Virus record (IMG/VR): IMGVR_UViG_3300026076_000002 | DNA: 64,000 nucleotides | Origin: a virus | Reading direction: 5' to 3' (one strand) | In this document: one piece after another, positions 19,601-29,900 of the stretch | Position numbering within the stretch: the stretch's first letter is position 1 | Layout: each line of letters starts with the position of its first letter | The notes under the pieces: generated by a model | What the model saw: the letters and a program-made list of their open reading frames with translations, nothing else | Database searches by the model: none | What the model was told of the DNA's origin: nothing | Translations under genes and position numbers: made by a program

Positions 19601-22208
19601 ATTCTTATCTTATCATAGCACTCCAGAGGTAGCACCTTTCAATACTGAAGATCATTCATTTGCACAGGATTACCGTAACGTAGTACCTAAAGTAAGTATT
19701 GATAACCCAGTAGATGATCCTATTGCTGCTAAGACTTATGCTGTAAGAGATGATATTGGTGATGTTAATACAAGTGACCCAGCCAGGTCACTAACCAAGG
19801 AATCATTAGACTCTATGATTGAGTCTATGGGTATTGGTATAGGTATTACTTCTGCTGAAGTTAATGGTAACATATTGACTGTTCATACTGCTACTGAGCA
19901 CGGATTGAATGGTGTTAAGGCATTTACTATAACATCAGCAGGTACAAACTATGGTACTCAGTCAGGTGGTATCGAGAAATTCTACAGTGCCCGCTTAGTC
20001 GGAGGTGCTGGTAAAGGTGCTACTGCCGATGTTACTGTAAACACTGCTGGTGCTATAGCGAGTCTTACTATAAGTGATCCTGGTTCATCATATAACGTAG
20101 GAGATTTGCTCACTGTGTCTGGGGTCCCCAAACATAGTTTAAGTGGTGGTGACTGTACTATAACAGTAAGCCAGATCAAAAATAATACTGGTGATGCTAT
20201 AGAAGTTGTTGGTGTATCAAGTACAAACTATAACGGGTTGTTCCGTATTCAAAGCGTTCCATCTTCAAGGTCTATCAACTATGTTGGAGACGGACTGGAT
20301 GCTGTACCGTTTGGACAAGGTACAGGATATGTGTATCATGTTGGTGTAAGTACTGGTGTTAATACTATAACTCATGATCCAGCATCAGGTATTTCTACTA
20401 TCACTGTTGCAGGTGACAACGGATGGAGGATTGGTGACACAATTAAGATTGAAGGTTACCAAGAGTTCGCATCTGTTTATAACGGTGTTCATTATGTTAC
20501 TGACAAGATTGATTCTACTACCTACAAGGTTAACATAGGTATCACATCTAATGCACCAGCCGCACCAGTGGGAGTTGCTACTGCTTACGGCACAGGTTTC
20601 AGTGTAAGGTCATCTAATCGTGGAGTACCAATATACGGTGGTCATACTACCAACTTGGCATCAGGTATTGGTACTGCTGACGCTACTGCAACACTAGACG
20701 ACAGTGCAGGTCTGAAGCGAGGAGATTACCTACTGATTGAAGATGAGATAGTCAGAGTATCTAATGAATCTAATGGATTACTCAGAGGATTACTTGGAAC
20801 TAATGCTGTCGAACATGCTGATGATGCACCAGTACGTAGAATTAAAGTCTTACCAGTAGAAGGAAGACGTTACAGTATACTGAGAGCATCAGGTCATACA
20901 TTTGAATATGTAGGTTTCGGACCAGGTAACTATTCAACTGCGATGCCACAGACTCAGGATAGAGTACTGGCAACTAAGGAACAGTTACTATCACAGTCAA
21001 GACAGACACGTGGTGGATTTGTTATCTACACTGGTATGAATGACAGTGGAGACTTCTACATTGGTAAACTTAAGTTTGAGGCATCAGGTGGTACTCTAAC
21101 TGAGGTTGATAACATCGGTGATGGTGAAGGTGGTAAGAGCTTCAAGTTACCTAACTCGGCACAGTTTGATGATCTGACTGTTATTGATAACTTCTATAGT
21201 CTTGGTAATACTGAGATCATTGACCTAACCTTAACTGGAAACAGAGCAGGTACAATCAATAAGTCTGTTCACTTTGGTATCTGGGATAGTGGTACTGGCA
21301 TCTATCCTAATAATAATACTGACAATGTATTATTCCAGACTGAGTTTAAACGTGGAGGTTACATTGGTTGGGTTAAGACTAAGACATCAGGTGCAGAGCA
21401 ATGGCAAGTATGGGGTCCTATCTCTAGGGATGCTGACTCAGAGCATTACTCATTCGATCAATTAGCACTTGGTAGGAACAGAGCAACAGGTAGTAATGTA
21501 CTACACACTGAGGGTGATGTTAAGTTTGAAAGCGATATCGAACAGATTGGAGATTATGAAAGAGAAGGTGACCTAACTAATACTGGTAACGTTACGATAA
21601 CGGGAACACTCAACGGACAGGGTGCGGTGGACTTCGATGCCACCCTGAATGTTGATGGTAACGTTACCTTTAATGGGAACACCACTATTGGTAACTCCTC
21701 TAGTGATACTCTTACTGTCACAGCAACATCCACATTCAATGGAGCTGCTGAATTTAACAATGGTATTACTACCAATGAGATTACAGTAGAGAATCTAACT
21801 AGCGGTAGAGTAGCCTTAGTTGGTTCAGGTGGTAAGTTAATTGATAGTTCTGCCTTCACATATAGTGGAAGCAATCTAATAGTAACAGGTGACATCACCG
21901 CTTTCGCAACATCTGACGAAAGACTCAAGGATCATGTACATCCTATCGAGGATCCACTTGATAAGATACTCAAGATCAGTGGTAACACATTTGAATGGAA
22001 TGACAAGTCAGGTAAGACAGGTCGTGACGTTGGTGTATTAGCACAGGAGATTGAGGAGGTAATACCTGAAGTTGTAACAACTAGGGATACAGGTTACAAG
22101 GCAGTTAGATATGAGAAGTTAGTTCCACTACTCATTGAGGCAGTTAAGGAACTTACATTAGAACTGAATGAATTGAAAGCAACCGTTTCGGAACTACAAG
22201 AGGACTAA
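16689..22208 (+). CDS. Large virion structural/tail-fibre protein with a C-terminal peptidase S74 intramolecular chaperone
   Basis: MPLSRLENFLKN start, RPFKTIQRA, repeated small beta domains, C-terminal SDERLK..GVLAQEIEEV.PEVV..VRYEKLVPLLIEAVKEL. Confidence 0.85.
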   Translation: MPLSRLENFLKNVQGNVIYVNPEELDATDDIGNTGNSRARPFKTIQRALIESARFSYQIGKDNDKFDKTTILVSPGTHYIDNRPGYSINTDGDLFDVNGTSVQIDQFSVGTNFNIHDPNNELYKFNSIHGGVIMPRGTSVVGQDLRKTKIRPKYIPDPHNNNLPRTSIFKVTGSCWFFGFSFFDGDQQDRTFRDYTKSVYTPNYSHHKLTCFEFADGVNNVGDGNLATTDLDMYYNKLTLGYGTNSGRALPNYPANNDFETQIDETRIVGAISQLGAISIKDIYSGRNTSDTTATPVVTVITKSDHRLNVDTPILITGVDNPEYDGSYMVTGVVNDTTFTYALATTPTSTATPLLVNKEPFVTIESDTVTSSSPYIFNCSIRSVYGLNGMDCDGDKATGFKSMVTAQFTGISLNKDDNAYVLYNEETGIWEDQATLGSSVSLHTNSRARHKPEWENFHVRVASNSIIQAVSVFAIGYAKHFVADKGGDMSITNSNSNFGARALEADKYRFEAFGKDDAGYITEIIPPQKNTRGSTRYNWVPVDVDNTDNLFTGTSLPTGIGSTDTKLLLHGYTQKDALPPFVTNGYNIGNKDNEIVYANIENAIYASPILMPVPQSNPDERVVAKKESEVLRENGINKITGSRFTLREDHKFLQGESIRIYSEDGSLPDGIEYGRMYYVVPVEGAPDQIDIATTYNNALAGTEGRLLGINNLGGSLRIVSTVEDKEPGQPGHPIQYDEDLGFWYVNVGAGNTISTGINTNTATISPKTQSLFIYRKPDQRSAEDKTYRVRYVIPESATLAAAPNNGFSIEESSAVIDDDMYGSVNDTLTSVNNLRTSTNIVDATWAGNVAIVTAQNPHRLNVGNIVEVTRLKSENNANGLDNLGFNGIYSVLAITDSKTFSVGLNTNPGSISTISNAGIPYTVHDSTVIGSGRTDSPYFVKRTFGPSYQIYANTPVQEYKKDVQDGVYDLSFLSYHSTPEVAPFNTEDHSFAQDYRNVVPKVSIDNPVDDPIAAKTYAVRDDIGDVNTSDPARSLTKESLDSMIESMGIGIGITSAEVNGNILTVHTATEHGLNGVKAFTITSAGTNYGTQSGGIEKFYSARLVGGAGKGATADVTVNTAGAIASLTISDPGSSYNVGDLLTVSGVPKHSLSGGDCTITVSQIKNNTGDAIEVVGVSSTNYNGLFRIQSVPSSRSINYVGDGLDAVPFGQGTGYVYHVGVSTGVNTITHDPASGISTITVAGDNGWRIGDTIKIEGYQEFASVYNGVHYVTDKIDSTTYKVNIGITSNAPAAPVGVATAYGTGFSVRSSNRGVPIYGGHTTNLASGIGTADATATLDDSAGLKRGDYLLIEDEIVRVSNESNGLLRGLLGTNAVEHADDAPVRRIKVLPVEGRRYSILRASGHTFEYVGFGPGNYSTAMPQTQDRVLATKEQLLSQSRQTRGGFVIYTGMNDSGDFYIGKLKFEASGGTLTEVDNIGDGEGGKSFKLPNSAQFDDLTVIDNFYSLGNTEIIDLTLTGNRAGTINKSVHFGIWDSGTGIYPNNNTDNVLFQTEFKRGGYIGWVKTKTSGAEQWQVWGPISRDADSEHYSFDQLALGRNRATGSNVLHTEGDVKFESDIEQIGDYEREGDLTNTGNVTITGTLNGQGAVDFDATLNVDGNVTFNGNTTIGNSSSDTLTVTATSTFNGAAEFNNGITTNEITVENLTSGRVALVGSGGKLIDSSAFTYSGSNLIVTGDITAFATSDERLKDHVHPIEDPLDKILKISGNTFEWNDKSGKTGRDVGVLAQEIEEVIPEVVTTRDTGYKAVRYEKLVPLLIEAVKELTLELNELKATVSELQED

Positions 22209-24304
22209 TGGCACTCCAGTCGTCAGGTGTACAGATATCTGCATCAGATATAAGAACTGAGTTCGGACCTAGTGCAGACTCAGGATCATTTGGGTTTCCA
22301 TCTGCTAATATTGCTGTATCACTAGGTAACTATAGAGTAAGTAAGAGTTATGGTGGTATGACTTCCATGCCACTAGATCAGGGTGTTCCTCAAGCAGGTG
22401 CAATCAGATTCTCGGATTTCTACTCAAAGAGACTTAATATTATATCAGATTTATGGAGACCAATAAATAATAATACGACTAGAAGAAATGGAAGATCCCA
22501 GTATAATTCTGGGGCAGTTGATGTTTTAGGTTGGAGATCGAAACCTTCATCTAGTAGTGGATGTAAGGTCTTTATACATGTAAATCAAACTATAGGATCC
22601 GCTACTGGCGGTGATTGTACATGTGCAGTACGTACTGGAAGTTGGGATAGTAATACTAGATTAGAAACTAACATCGGATCAAGTGGTAGAATCTTTGGTG
22701 CTGGTGGACGTGGTGGTAACGGTGGCATTCCAGGTGGCGTAGGAAGTGATGGTACTTCAGGACTCGGTGTTGAGTATGACCCATCTGCTGTTGTTAACAA
22801 TGGTTACATTCAAGCTGGCTACGGAGGTGGCGGTGGAGGAGGTCGTTCAGCCGTTGACCCATCCGACAAAAATGATTATGACCCCACTGCTGGAGGAGGC
22901 GGTGGAGGAGGTGGTGCTGGATTCCCGATTGGACAAGGTGGTTCAGGCGGTTCGGGTACATTCTCAGGGTCGAATGGCAATAACTCATCGCAAACGGTAG
23001 GAGGATTAGGTGGTGCTGGAGGTTCAGGTGATGGCACAGATGCTGGAGATGGTGGACGTGGTGGAGATCCTAGCAATGCACCACAAAGAGGAGGAGATGG
23101 TAATGAATCTTATGGTGGAGCATGGGAGACAGTAGGTGGTAATCCTGGATTAAGTGGTGATGCTGTTAGAGTAGTAACAGGAACTGCTGGTACTCCAGAC
23201 ACAGAAAGTACAGAGACATTCTCATGGACAAGAACTAATACAGATCTATACCCATTTGCATTCTTTGTTAAGTCAGGTAGTAACACAGGACCTGATAACT
23301 TTACAATCGGTATTGCTACTGGTACATCAGCTGGGGTAGGTGATATAGATGCAAACTTTAGGTTAACATCTGGAGCATTTGGTCCATTCTCATCTGGTTA
23401 TCCTGATCCAATAGAAGGTCAAGCAACAAATGATAGTTATGTTAAACTTGATCTAACTGGTACTGGTACTGCTACTCTTAACTTTGCATGGACATGGAAT
23501 GATCAGCTGGGACAGGATGGTAGAGCATGTGACTTTGTAGAAGTCTTCTTAACATCACCTACGGGTGGTAGTGTATCTTCCACTTATGAGAAGTTCACAA
23601 TGACATGGAACCAAGAAACTGGTAGTTCTAATGCTAGTGTGACAGTTGTGAAACCTAACGCTGGTACACATGAGATGACAGTTAAGTTAACTGGTACATA
23701 TCATACATTTGATGAAGATGATGATGGATGGACTGACACACCAGATGAGTATGATGACCAGACAGATCCTAATGATCCTAACTCATGGACACCAGGTCAG
23801 TTATATAATGAGGATGATGAACCTGAAGGTACATATAAGTCTGAAAGATATCTCCATGGTATTCTTACTGGTGTACCAGCTGGGCTGGCTAATACAAAGA
23901 CTCTAGGTATACATGATATGGATGGTGATGATAACAACGCTGCCTTAACAGTAAGTGTTGTTAATACTACTACATCAGGCACAGGTGCTGTGAGTGGAAC
24001 AGTACCAGCTACAGTTGCACCTAGTACGGTGTATGTTGGACAGGCTGGTAACTCAACTGGATTCTCAGTTAATTCTACTAACCCACGTCAACTGTTAATC
24101 CAAGGAAGTGGTAATGCATCCAGTAGTGATGACCTAGTAGTTAATGTTACTTCTGGTACATTTGCAGAAGCTGGTACTCAAATTAGTTGGACTGCACCTT
24201 CTACAGGTCAAGGTACACCTTCAAGTGGTACTACTTCAGGAGTATCCATAACCAATAATGGAACCATTGCAGGTGATATAGAATACGGTGTAAACGTCTG
24301 CTAA
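22208..24304 (+). CDS. Glycine-rich fibre-tip/adhesin-like protein
   Basis: MALQSSG.QISASDIRTEFG, IRFSDFY, poly-Gly segments (GGGGGGG), acidic DxDDDG motif. Confidence 0.7.
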   Translation: MALQSSGVQISASDIRTEFGPSADSGSFGFPSANIAVSLGNYRVSKSYGGMTSMPLDQGVPQAGAIRFSDFYSKRLNIISDLWRPINNNTTRRNGRSQYNSGAVDVLGWRSKPSSSSGCKVFIHVNQTIGSATGGDCTCAVRTGSWDSNTRLETNIGSSGRIFGAGGRGGNGGIPGGVGSDGTSGLGVEYDPSAVVNNGYIQAGYGGGGGGGRSAVDPSDKNDYDPTAGGGGGGGGAGFPIGQGGSGGSGTFSGSNGNNSSQTVGGLGGAGGSGDGTDAGDGGRGGDPSNAPQRGGDGNESYGGAWETVGGNPGLSGDAVRVVTGTAGTPDTESTETFSWTRTNTDLYPFAFFVKSGSNTGPDNFTIGIATGTSAGVGDIDANFRLTSGAFGPFSSGYPDPIEGQATNDSYVKLDLTGTGTATLNFAWTWNDQLGQDGRACDFVEVFLTSPTGGSVSSTYEKFTMTWNQETGSSNASVTVVKPNAGTHEMTVKLTGTYHTFDEDDDGWTDTPDEYDDQTDPNDPNSWTPGQLYNEDDEPEGTYKSERYLHGILTGVPAGLANTKTLGIHDMDGDDNNAALTVSVVNTTTSGTGAVSGTVPATVAPSTVYVGQAGNSTGFSVNSTNPRQLLIQGSGNASSSDDLVVNVTSGTFAEAGTQISWTAPSTGQGTPSSGTTSGVSITNNGTIAGDIEYGVNVC

Positions 24305-24307
24305 ATA
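24301..24307 (+). promoter_or_regulatory. T4-type late promoter
   Basis: CTAAATA. Confidence 0.6.
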
Positions 24308-24326
24308 TAACAAATTAAGGATTATC

Positions 24327-24809
24327 ATGGGTAAAATGATTCCACCTAGCAGAAAGAGCTGCTATAACTTTAGGGTGGTCAAGATTAATAGGGTAGTTGA
24401 TGGTGACACGATTGATGTGACGATTGACTTAGGATTTGACCTACTTAAGAAGGAACGTGTTAGAATAGCTGGTGTAGATACTCCAGAGAAACGTACAAGA
24501 GACAAGGAAGAAAAAGTACTTGGAATTGATGCGACTAACTGGATGAAAGAACATTTAGAGGGAGCTATTAAAGGTGGAGAAGAACTCATTATTAGAACTG
24601 AACTTAAGGGTGGCGTTGGGAAGTATGGTAGGCTTCTTGGTTGGCTCTATATTAACGATGATATTGTTTCATTGAATGAGCAGATGATTAAGGAAGGATA
24701 TGCTTGGGAATATGATGGTGGAACGAAGAAAAAGGATTTCGAGGAACTCAAAAAAATTCGCAGGGAATTTGGGAGCATAGAGGAAAATAATGAGTGGGAT
24801 GCTACATGA
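24327..24809 (+). CDS. Thermonuclease (SNase-like) endonuclease
   Basis: RVVDGDTID, RVRIAGVDTPE, GKYGRLLG, LNEQMIKEGYA. Confidence 0.9.
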   Translation: MGKMIPPSRKSCYNFRVVKINRVVDGDTIDVTIDLGFDLLKKERVRIAGVDTPEKRTRDKEEKVLGIDATNWMKEHLEGAIKGGEELIIRTELKGGVGKYGRLLGWLYINDDIVSLNEQMIKEGYAWEYDGGTKKKDFEELKKIRREFGSIEENNEWDAT

Positions 24810-25264
24810 TCTTTGAAAAAGTGAGTCTTGTTACTGGTGGATTTGACCCAATACATAGTGGTCACATACGATATTTCACAAAAGCAAAAGACCTATCAAA
24901 CTATCTTGTAGTAGGATTGAATGGTGACCCATGGTTAACAAGAAAAAAAGGACAATACTTTCAATCTTGGACAGAACGTGCAGATATTGTACGACATCTT
25001 GACATGGTTGATGCTGTAATATCATGGGATGACGCAGATGATTCTGCCTGTGGTGCTATAGATAAATGCTTAGAAATTGCTGCTGAAGTTGTATTTTGTA
25101 ATGGTGGAGATAGGGGCAAGGGAAACACCCCAGAGCTTGATAAATTCCAAGACAATGATAGAGTAACGTTTGAATGGGGTATAGGTGGTACAGATAAAAT
25201 GAACAGCAGTTCATGGATACTGCATAATTATTTTAACCGTCAACGTAAACTACTAGGAATCTAA
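24806..25264 (+). CDS. Cytidylyl/nucleotidyltransferase (TagD/RfaE-like HxGH family); start reassigned to the ATGA overlap
   Basis: TGGFDPIHSGH, LVVGLNGD, RKKG, FCNGGDR, KMNSSSWIL. Confidence 0.9.
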   Translation: MIFEKVSLVTGGFDPIHSGHIRYFTKAKDLSNYLVVGLNGDPWLTRKKGQYFQSWTERADIVRHLDMVDAVISWDDADDSACGAIDKCLEIAAEVVFCNGGDRGKGNTPELDKFQDNDRVTFEWGIGGTDKMNSSSWILHNYFNRQRKLLGI

Positions 25265-25425
25265 TGAAAAAGTATTACGATAAAGATGGATGGGAGATCT
25301 CTCCACCTATAACTGATAAGGAATGTATACGTAGAGCATTATATAATAGTATAGACTTATGTGGTCTTGATAAGAAGCAAGTTCAAAGATTATATGTTAA
25401 GTATGGAGGTAAACAGATAATATGA
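25264..25425 (+). CDS. Small hypothetical protein (53 aa, not in the ORF track)
   Basis: MKKYYDKDGWEISPPITDKEC...; TAATG and ATGA coupling at its two ends. Confidence 0.6.
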   Translation: MKKYYDKDGWEISPPITDKECIRRALYNSIDLCGLDKKQVQRLYVKYGGKQII

Positions 25426-25700
25426 TTGAGAAAGGTGATAAGATAGTACAGATGGTTCTGATAAATTCTCATGAAGCAGACCACTTATATAAAAAACCAA
25501 ACGGTACGTTTTACTGGCAACATCATAGGAAGGGTGGTGACACTTTCTCTATACCTGAGATACAATTAGAAATGTTCCCACCTGAACCACCTAAGAAGAT
25601 AAAGGTGAATGAAGATGCACCACATCTTAATATTCTAGAAAGATATTATGGTAAAGACTGGGAACTTAAACCAGTAGAAGGACTTGAGGATCATTACTAA
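25422..25700 (+). CDS. Hypothetical protein
   Basis: GGAGG RBS; translational coupling. Confidence 0.6.
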   Translation: MIEKGDKIVQMVLINSHEADHLYKKPNGTFYWQHHRKGGDTFSIPEIQLEMFPPEPPKKIKVNEDAPHLNILERYYGKDWELKPVEGLEDHY

Positions 25701-25972
25701 TGCACCCTAACGGTTATACTAAAGAGATGATCAGGGAGTTACTAGGCACTTCTTGTCCAGAGTTCATGGCTGAGTCTGGTAATCAGATTAGAAGAAGAAA
25801 GGGTAGAGAAATGAGAGCAGGGAAGATACCCTATCCAAAGTATCCATCAAAGGAATCAAGGATGGCAGACACTTCTGGAAAGTTTGATGAAAATGGAAAT
25901 TATATATACCCTGAAGGATCTGGATTTAATTATTGTGACAAAACAGAAGCAGGCCAAAACGTTGATAAATAA
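25700..25972 (+). CDS. Hypothetical protein
   Basis: TAATG coupling; GAGG RBS. Confidence 0.55.
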   Translation: MHPNGYTKEMIRELLGTSCPEFMAESGNQIRRRKGREMRAGKIPYPKYPSKESRMADTSGKFDENGNYIYPEGSGFNYCDKTEAGQNVDK

Positions 25973-26084
25973 TGCAGCAGAATTGCTTGGTGCAACAGTA
26001 TCTAAGCATTATACTTTAAATAGTACAGGTAAACAAACCTGTAAGTATATCCTAGAATATCCAATCACCAGTTATGAAGATTAA
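25884..26084 (+). CDS. Small hypothetical protein (true start uncertain)
   Basis: Fills the gap between coupled ORFs. Confidence 0.4.
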   Translation: MMKMEIIYTLKDLDLIIVTKQKQAKTLINNAAELLGATVSKHYTLNSTGKQTCKYILEYPITSYED

Positions 26085-26442
26085 TTTTAAAATCATTGAG
26101 CATAATAATGTCAATGGTACTATCACAGTTAAAGTGTGTAGGAAACATTCTACCAGAAGTATTGACTCGTACCCACCAAGTATAATTGAAACTAGGAACT
26201 TGGATTTTGGTGACTGGGATTCATTTATGGCTAGTTTAGGAGCATATGCTGCTAGGGAAGCAAGGGCACATGAGGATAATGAGGATGTATTACAAGATAA
26301 TTTACCATTTGATCTTGCTGATATTCATAAGCATAGGGTTGTGACAAATACTGATTTCTCAGGTTTATTGAATAAGGTTATTGATTTTGATGAGAAGATA
26401 TTAACACAGACAAATCATCCAATATATGAGGTTGAATTATAG
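26074..26442 (+). CDS. Hypothetical protein
   Basis: 122-aa ORF in a coupled series. Confidence 0.6.
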   Translation: MKINFKIIEHNNVNGTITVKVCRKHSTRSIDSYPPSIIETRNLDFGDWDSFMASLGAYAAREARAHEDNEDVLQDNLPFDLADIHKHRVVTNTDFSGLLNKVIDFDEKILTQTNHPIYEVEL

Positions 26443-26903
26443 TGGCACGTCTTACTACTAGAAAATGTGATGACTTTGTACTCTGTATAGCAACAGGTAA
26501 GCAAGGTTACAAATATGAGGAAGATCACCTATCACGTAGAAGTATATACAATTACTTTGTATATGGTTCAGGTGTTATAAATGGTGAGTATGTACCTGAG
26601 AGAACATTATATGATGTTAAATCACATTTGTACAGAAAGGTAGAATATATTGCACAGCAAGACTTCTACATGATAGCATTTAATGTATTCGATAAGGAAG
26701 ATGCAGACAACTGGAGTGGTACTATCATAGATAGTTCATTCACATGTAATGCTAACAATTCCCATCTACTTTGCTTAGATGGTAACCCAATAGTAAATGG
26801 TGTTGAGTTAAAAAGATACTCACATTCAAAACTAGAACGTAATAAACATTATGACATAACAATGAATGGTGGTGTTCTAGCAATATTTGATAAATACAAG
26901 TAA
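26442..26903 (+). CDS. Hypothetical protein (possible cupin-like beta fold)
   Basis: GAGG RBS, GTG start, beta-rich sequence. Confidence 0.55.
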   Translation: MARLTTRKCDDFVLCIATGKQGYKYEEDHLSRRSIYNYFVYGSGVINGEYVPERTLYDVKSHLYRKVEYIAQQDFYMIAFNVFDKEDADNWSGTIIDSSFTCNANNSHLLCLDGNPIVNGVELKRYSHSKLERNKHYDITMNGGVLAIFDKYK

Positions 26904-26925
26904 AGATCAGGAGTGCTGATTTAAG

Positions 26926-29900
26926 ATGGCATCTGTTAATAAGAACTTTAAAATTGAAAAAGGTCTGGATGTCGGTGATCAGGCTTTAACTGTAGATGGA
27001 ACAACTGATAGAACGGGTGTTGGTAAGACTAACCCTTCTTATAACCTAGACGTTGCTGGTACTGCCAACTTTGATGGTATTGTCGCAGCTGGTCAGATCG
27101 GTATTGGGACGACACAACCAGTAAGAGATGCTGAGTTTAGAGGAGATATAGGAGTATATCAAAAGTTATATGACTTTAACGATGAAAGTGGTACTAACAA
27201 CCAAGCATTAATATCTGTTGATGGTCCAGCTGGTGCAGGTGTAAGTTGGACAACTCTAGCAGATATTGAAGTTAATGCTGCTGGTAGTACATTCCAAGTT
27301 CAGTATAGAAAAGAGAACGGTAAGTTTGGTGGTGCAGAGCATTTATATGCTAATGATGAGACTAACCGTATAGGTATTGGAATATCTACACCTGAGTACC
27401 TATTCCAAATTCAAAGACCTAGTGGACATCATAGCGATAATGGTTATGTTCAGATAGGTGGTACATTCTTAGATAGTAATGCAAGTGTTGGTGCTGCTGG
27501 ATCTGTACTTGGTGTTAATAATGATGGAGAACTTAGATGGGTAGGTGCTGCTAGTTCAGAATTCAATATTATATTTGTATGCGAAGATGGTGATGATGTT
27601 AACAGTGGTTATAATATAACTGAAGCGAAGAGAACTGTAGGTAGTGCTGCCACTATATGTCGTGCAGGTATGACTATCAGGGTGACAACTGGTGTATATC
27701 CTGAGAATAACCCTATTGATCTACCTAGGAACGTATCAGTTGATGGTGACGATCTAAGAAACACACAGATTGTACCATTAAATGCTGGTAAAGACATGTT
27801 CCATGTTGATAATGGATGTCTAGTACAGAACTTATCATTTATTGGTGCTGCTAACACAGGTGCTATGGTGGCATTTACCCCTGGCAGACCTAACGAACAT
27901 ACTGGTGCAAGCATCAAAGCAGATGCAGTTGTGGTAGATAACTGGGGAGGTACTACTATAACTCCTACCAGTGCTAGTTACGACCAAGCAACTGGTATAA
28001 TGACAGTCACGGCAGCTGGGCACGGGCTGGCAGGTCCTGTTGGAAAGAACATATCAACTGCTGTTTATAATGCAGACGTTGGTATTATAACAGTAACAAG
28101 TACAGCTCATGAGTTTGATACGAATACACAGGTCCTCTTTGCACCAGGATCCTTACACTTCAAGTGTGAGATGGATAACTACGCTACTGAGCATTCTTAT
28201 CCTAGAATAACAGATCCTTATTATAAGATACTAAGAGATGTCAATATTCTAGACAGTGATACATTCGAGGTCCAGCTGGGCACATCACCTAGAGTATTAT
28301 TTGATATAACTGACGCTGTTTATAATGCTACCAGTGGTGCAATGAAACTCACTATTGGTGAGCATAGTTTGAAAGTTGGTGAGAATGTAAAACTAGCACC
28401 TAATAGTCTAGGTTTCACTTGTAACTATAATGGTGATAACTGGCAAACAACTAAGACATATCCACGTGCGAGTGGTGCAGGTACGACATCAGGTGCTGAC
28501 TATGCATATGAAACATCCTTACCAATACTGGCAAAGACTGATACTACTATAACTGTTAATGTCAACGGTGGTCAAGGTGCTATCACTGACACTACAGAGC
28601 ATAAGTATGTTACAGGAACTGCCAACAATGCATTGTGGACAGGTGGTGCATACAACCATGTTCTTCAATCAGCAGATGCTGGAGCATTATTAGTTGGTGT
28701 ACAGACTGTAGGATTCACTACTGAAACTATTGGTTTCACTTGTAAGACAGATAACGATACATCGGAGCATTTCTATCCACGTGCTACTGATCCTATTGCT
28801 GGTATTCTTACTGGTATATCATCAGTCACAGATGACACATTTACTGTTCATGTATATCCAGCTGGTGCTCAAGGTAGTGAGTACGTAGGATTTATCACAC
28901 AGTCACCATATGTTAGAAACTGTACTAACTTTGTACCTGATTCAATAGGTATGAAGATAGATGGTAATGACTCAAGTAATCTTAAGTCTATGGTGTGTGA
29001 CTCATTCACACAGTATAACCAAGGTGGTATTGGTGTTAGTATTACTAACGATGGTTATGCTCAGTTAGTGTCTATCTTTACTATATGTGATGACATTGCT
29101 ATCTACTGTGGTAGTGGTGGACAGTGTGACCTAACCAACAGTAACAGTTCATTTGGTAATAAAGGTTTAGTATCTCAAGGTATTGGTACTGTTCATTATC
29201 AAGGTACACTTAGAACTGAGACTATAGAAGAGGATAATACTATAGTTGTTGAGAACCTAGGTAATGAAAGACCATATACGGGTCAGGTATTCTATGTTGG
29301 AGAACTGTTTAATAATATTATAAGCGTCAACGTAACTAATCCTGGAACTGGATACACAAGTACATTACCACCAAGAGTAACTATCGGTCCACCAGAAGGT
29401 GAGAACGGTATTACTGCTGAAGGTGTTGCTAGTGTATCTGGCTTCGGTTCTATTACTTCTATTGACTTAATAGCATCAGGTACTCAGTACAGGGGAACCC
29501 CTGAAGTTACTATTGCTGCACCTAACACTGGATTCGCAACAGCGACTGCAACTGCTGAGATCGGACCGATCTATTATACTATAAATAGTGCTACGACTCC
29601 TTCTGCTGGTATCTCGACTATAACAGTCGATCAGAAGATACCTAATGTTATAGGAATAGGTTCTACTGTACCATTTGCGAAGCAATCATTAATACTTGCT
29701 TCATCACATTCATTTGAATATATTGGTTCAGGTGTAACTATTGGAGTTGCTTTACCACAAAAGGGTGGAGTAACATTATCAGAGAACCAAACGCTGTCTA
29801 TTGAAGGTGGTAAAGTTGTTCATACATCTACGGATGAACGAGGTAACTATCTCATAGGTGATGACTTCACTATCAATCAACAGACTGGTACTATCACAGG

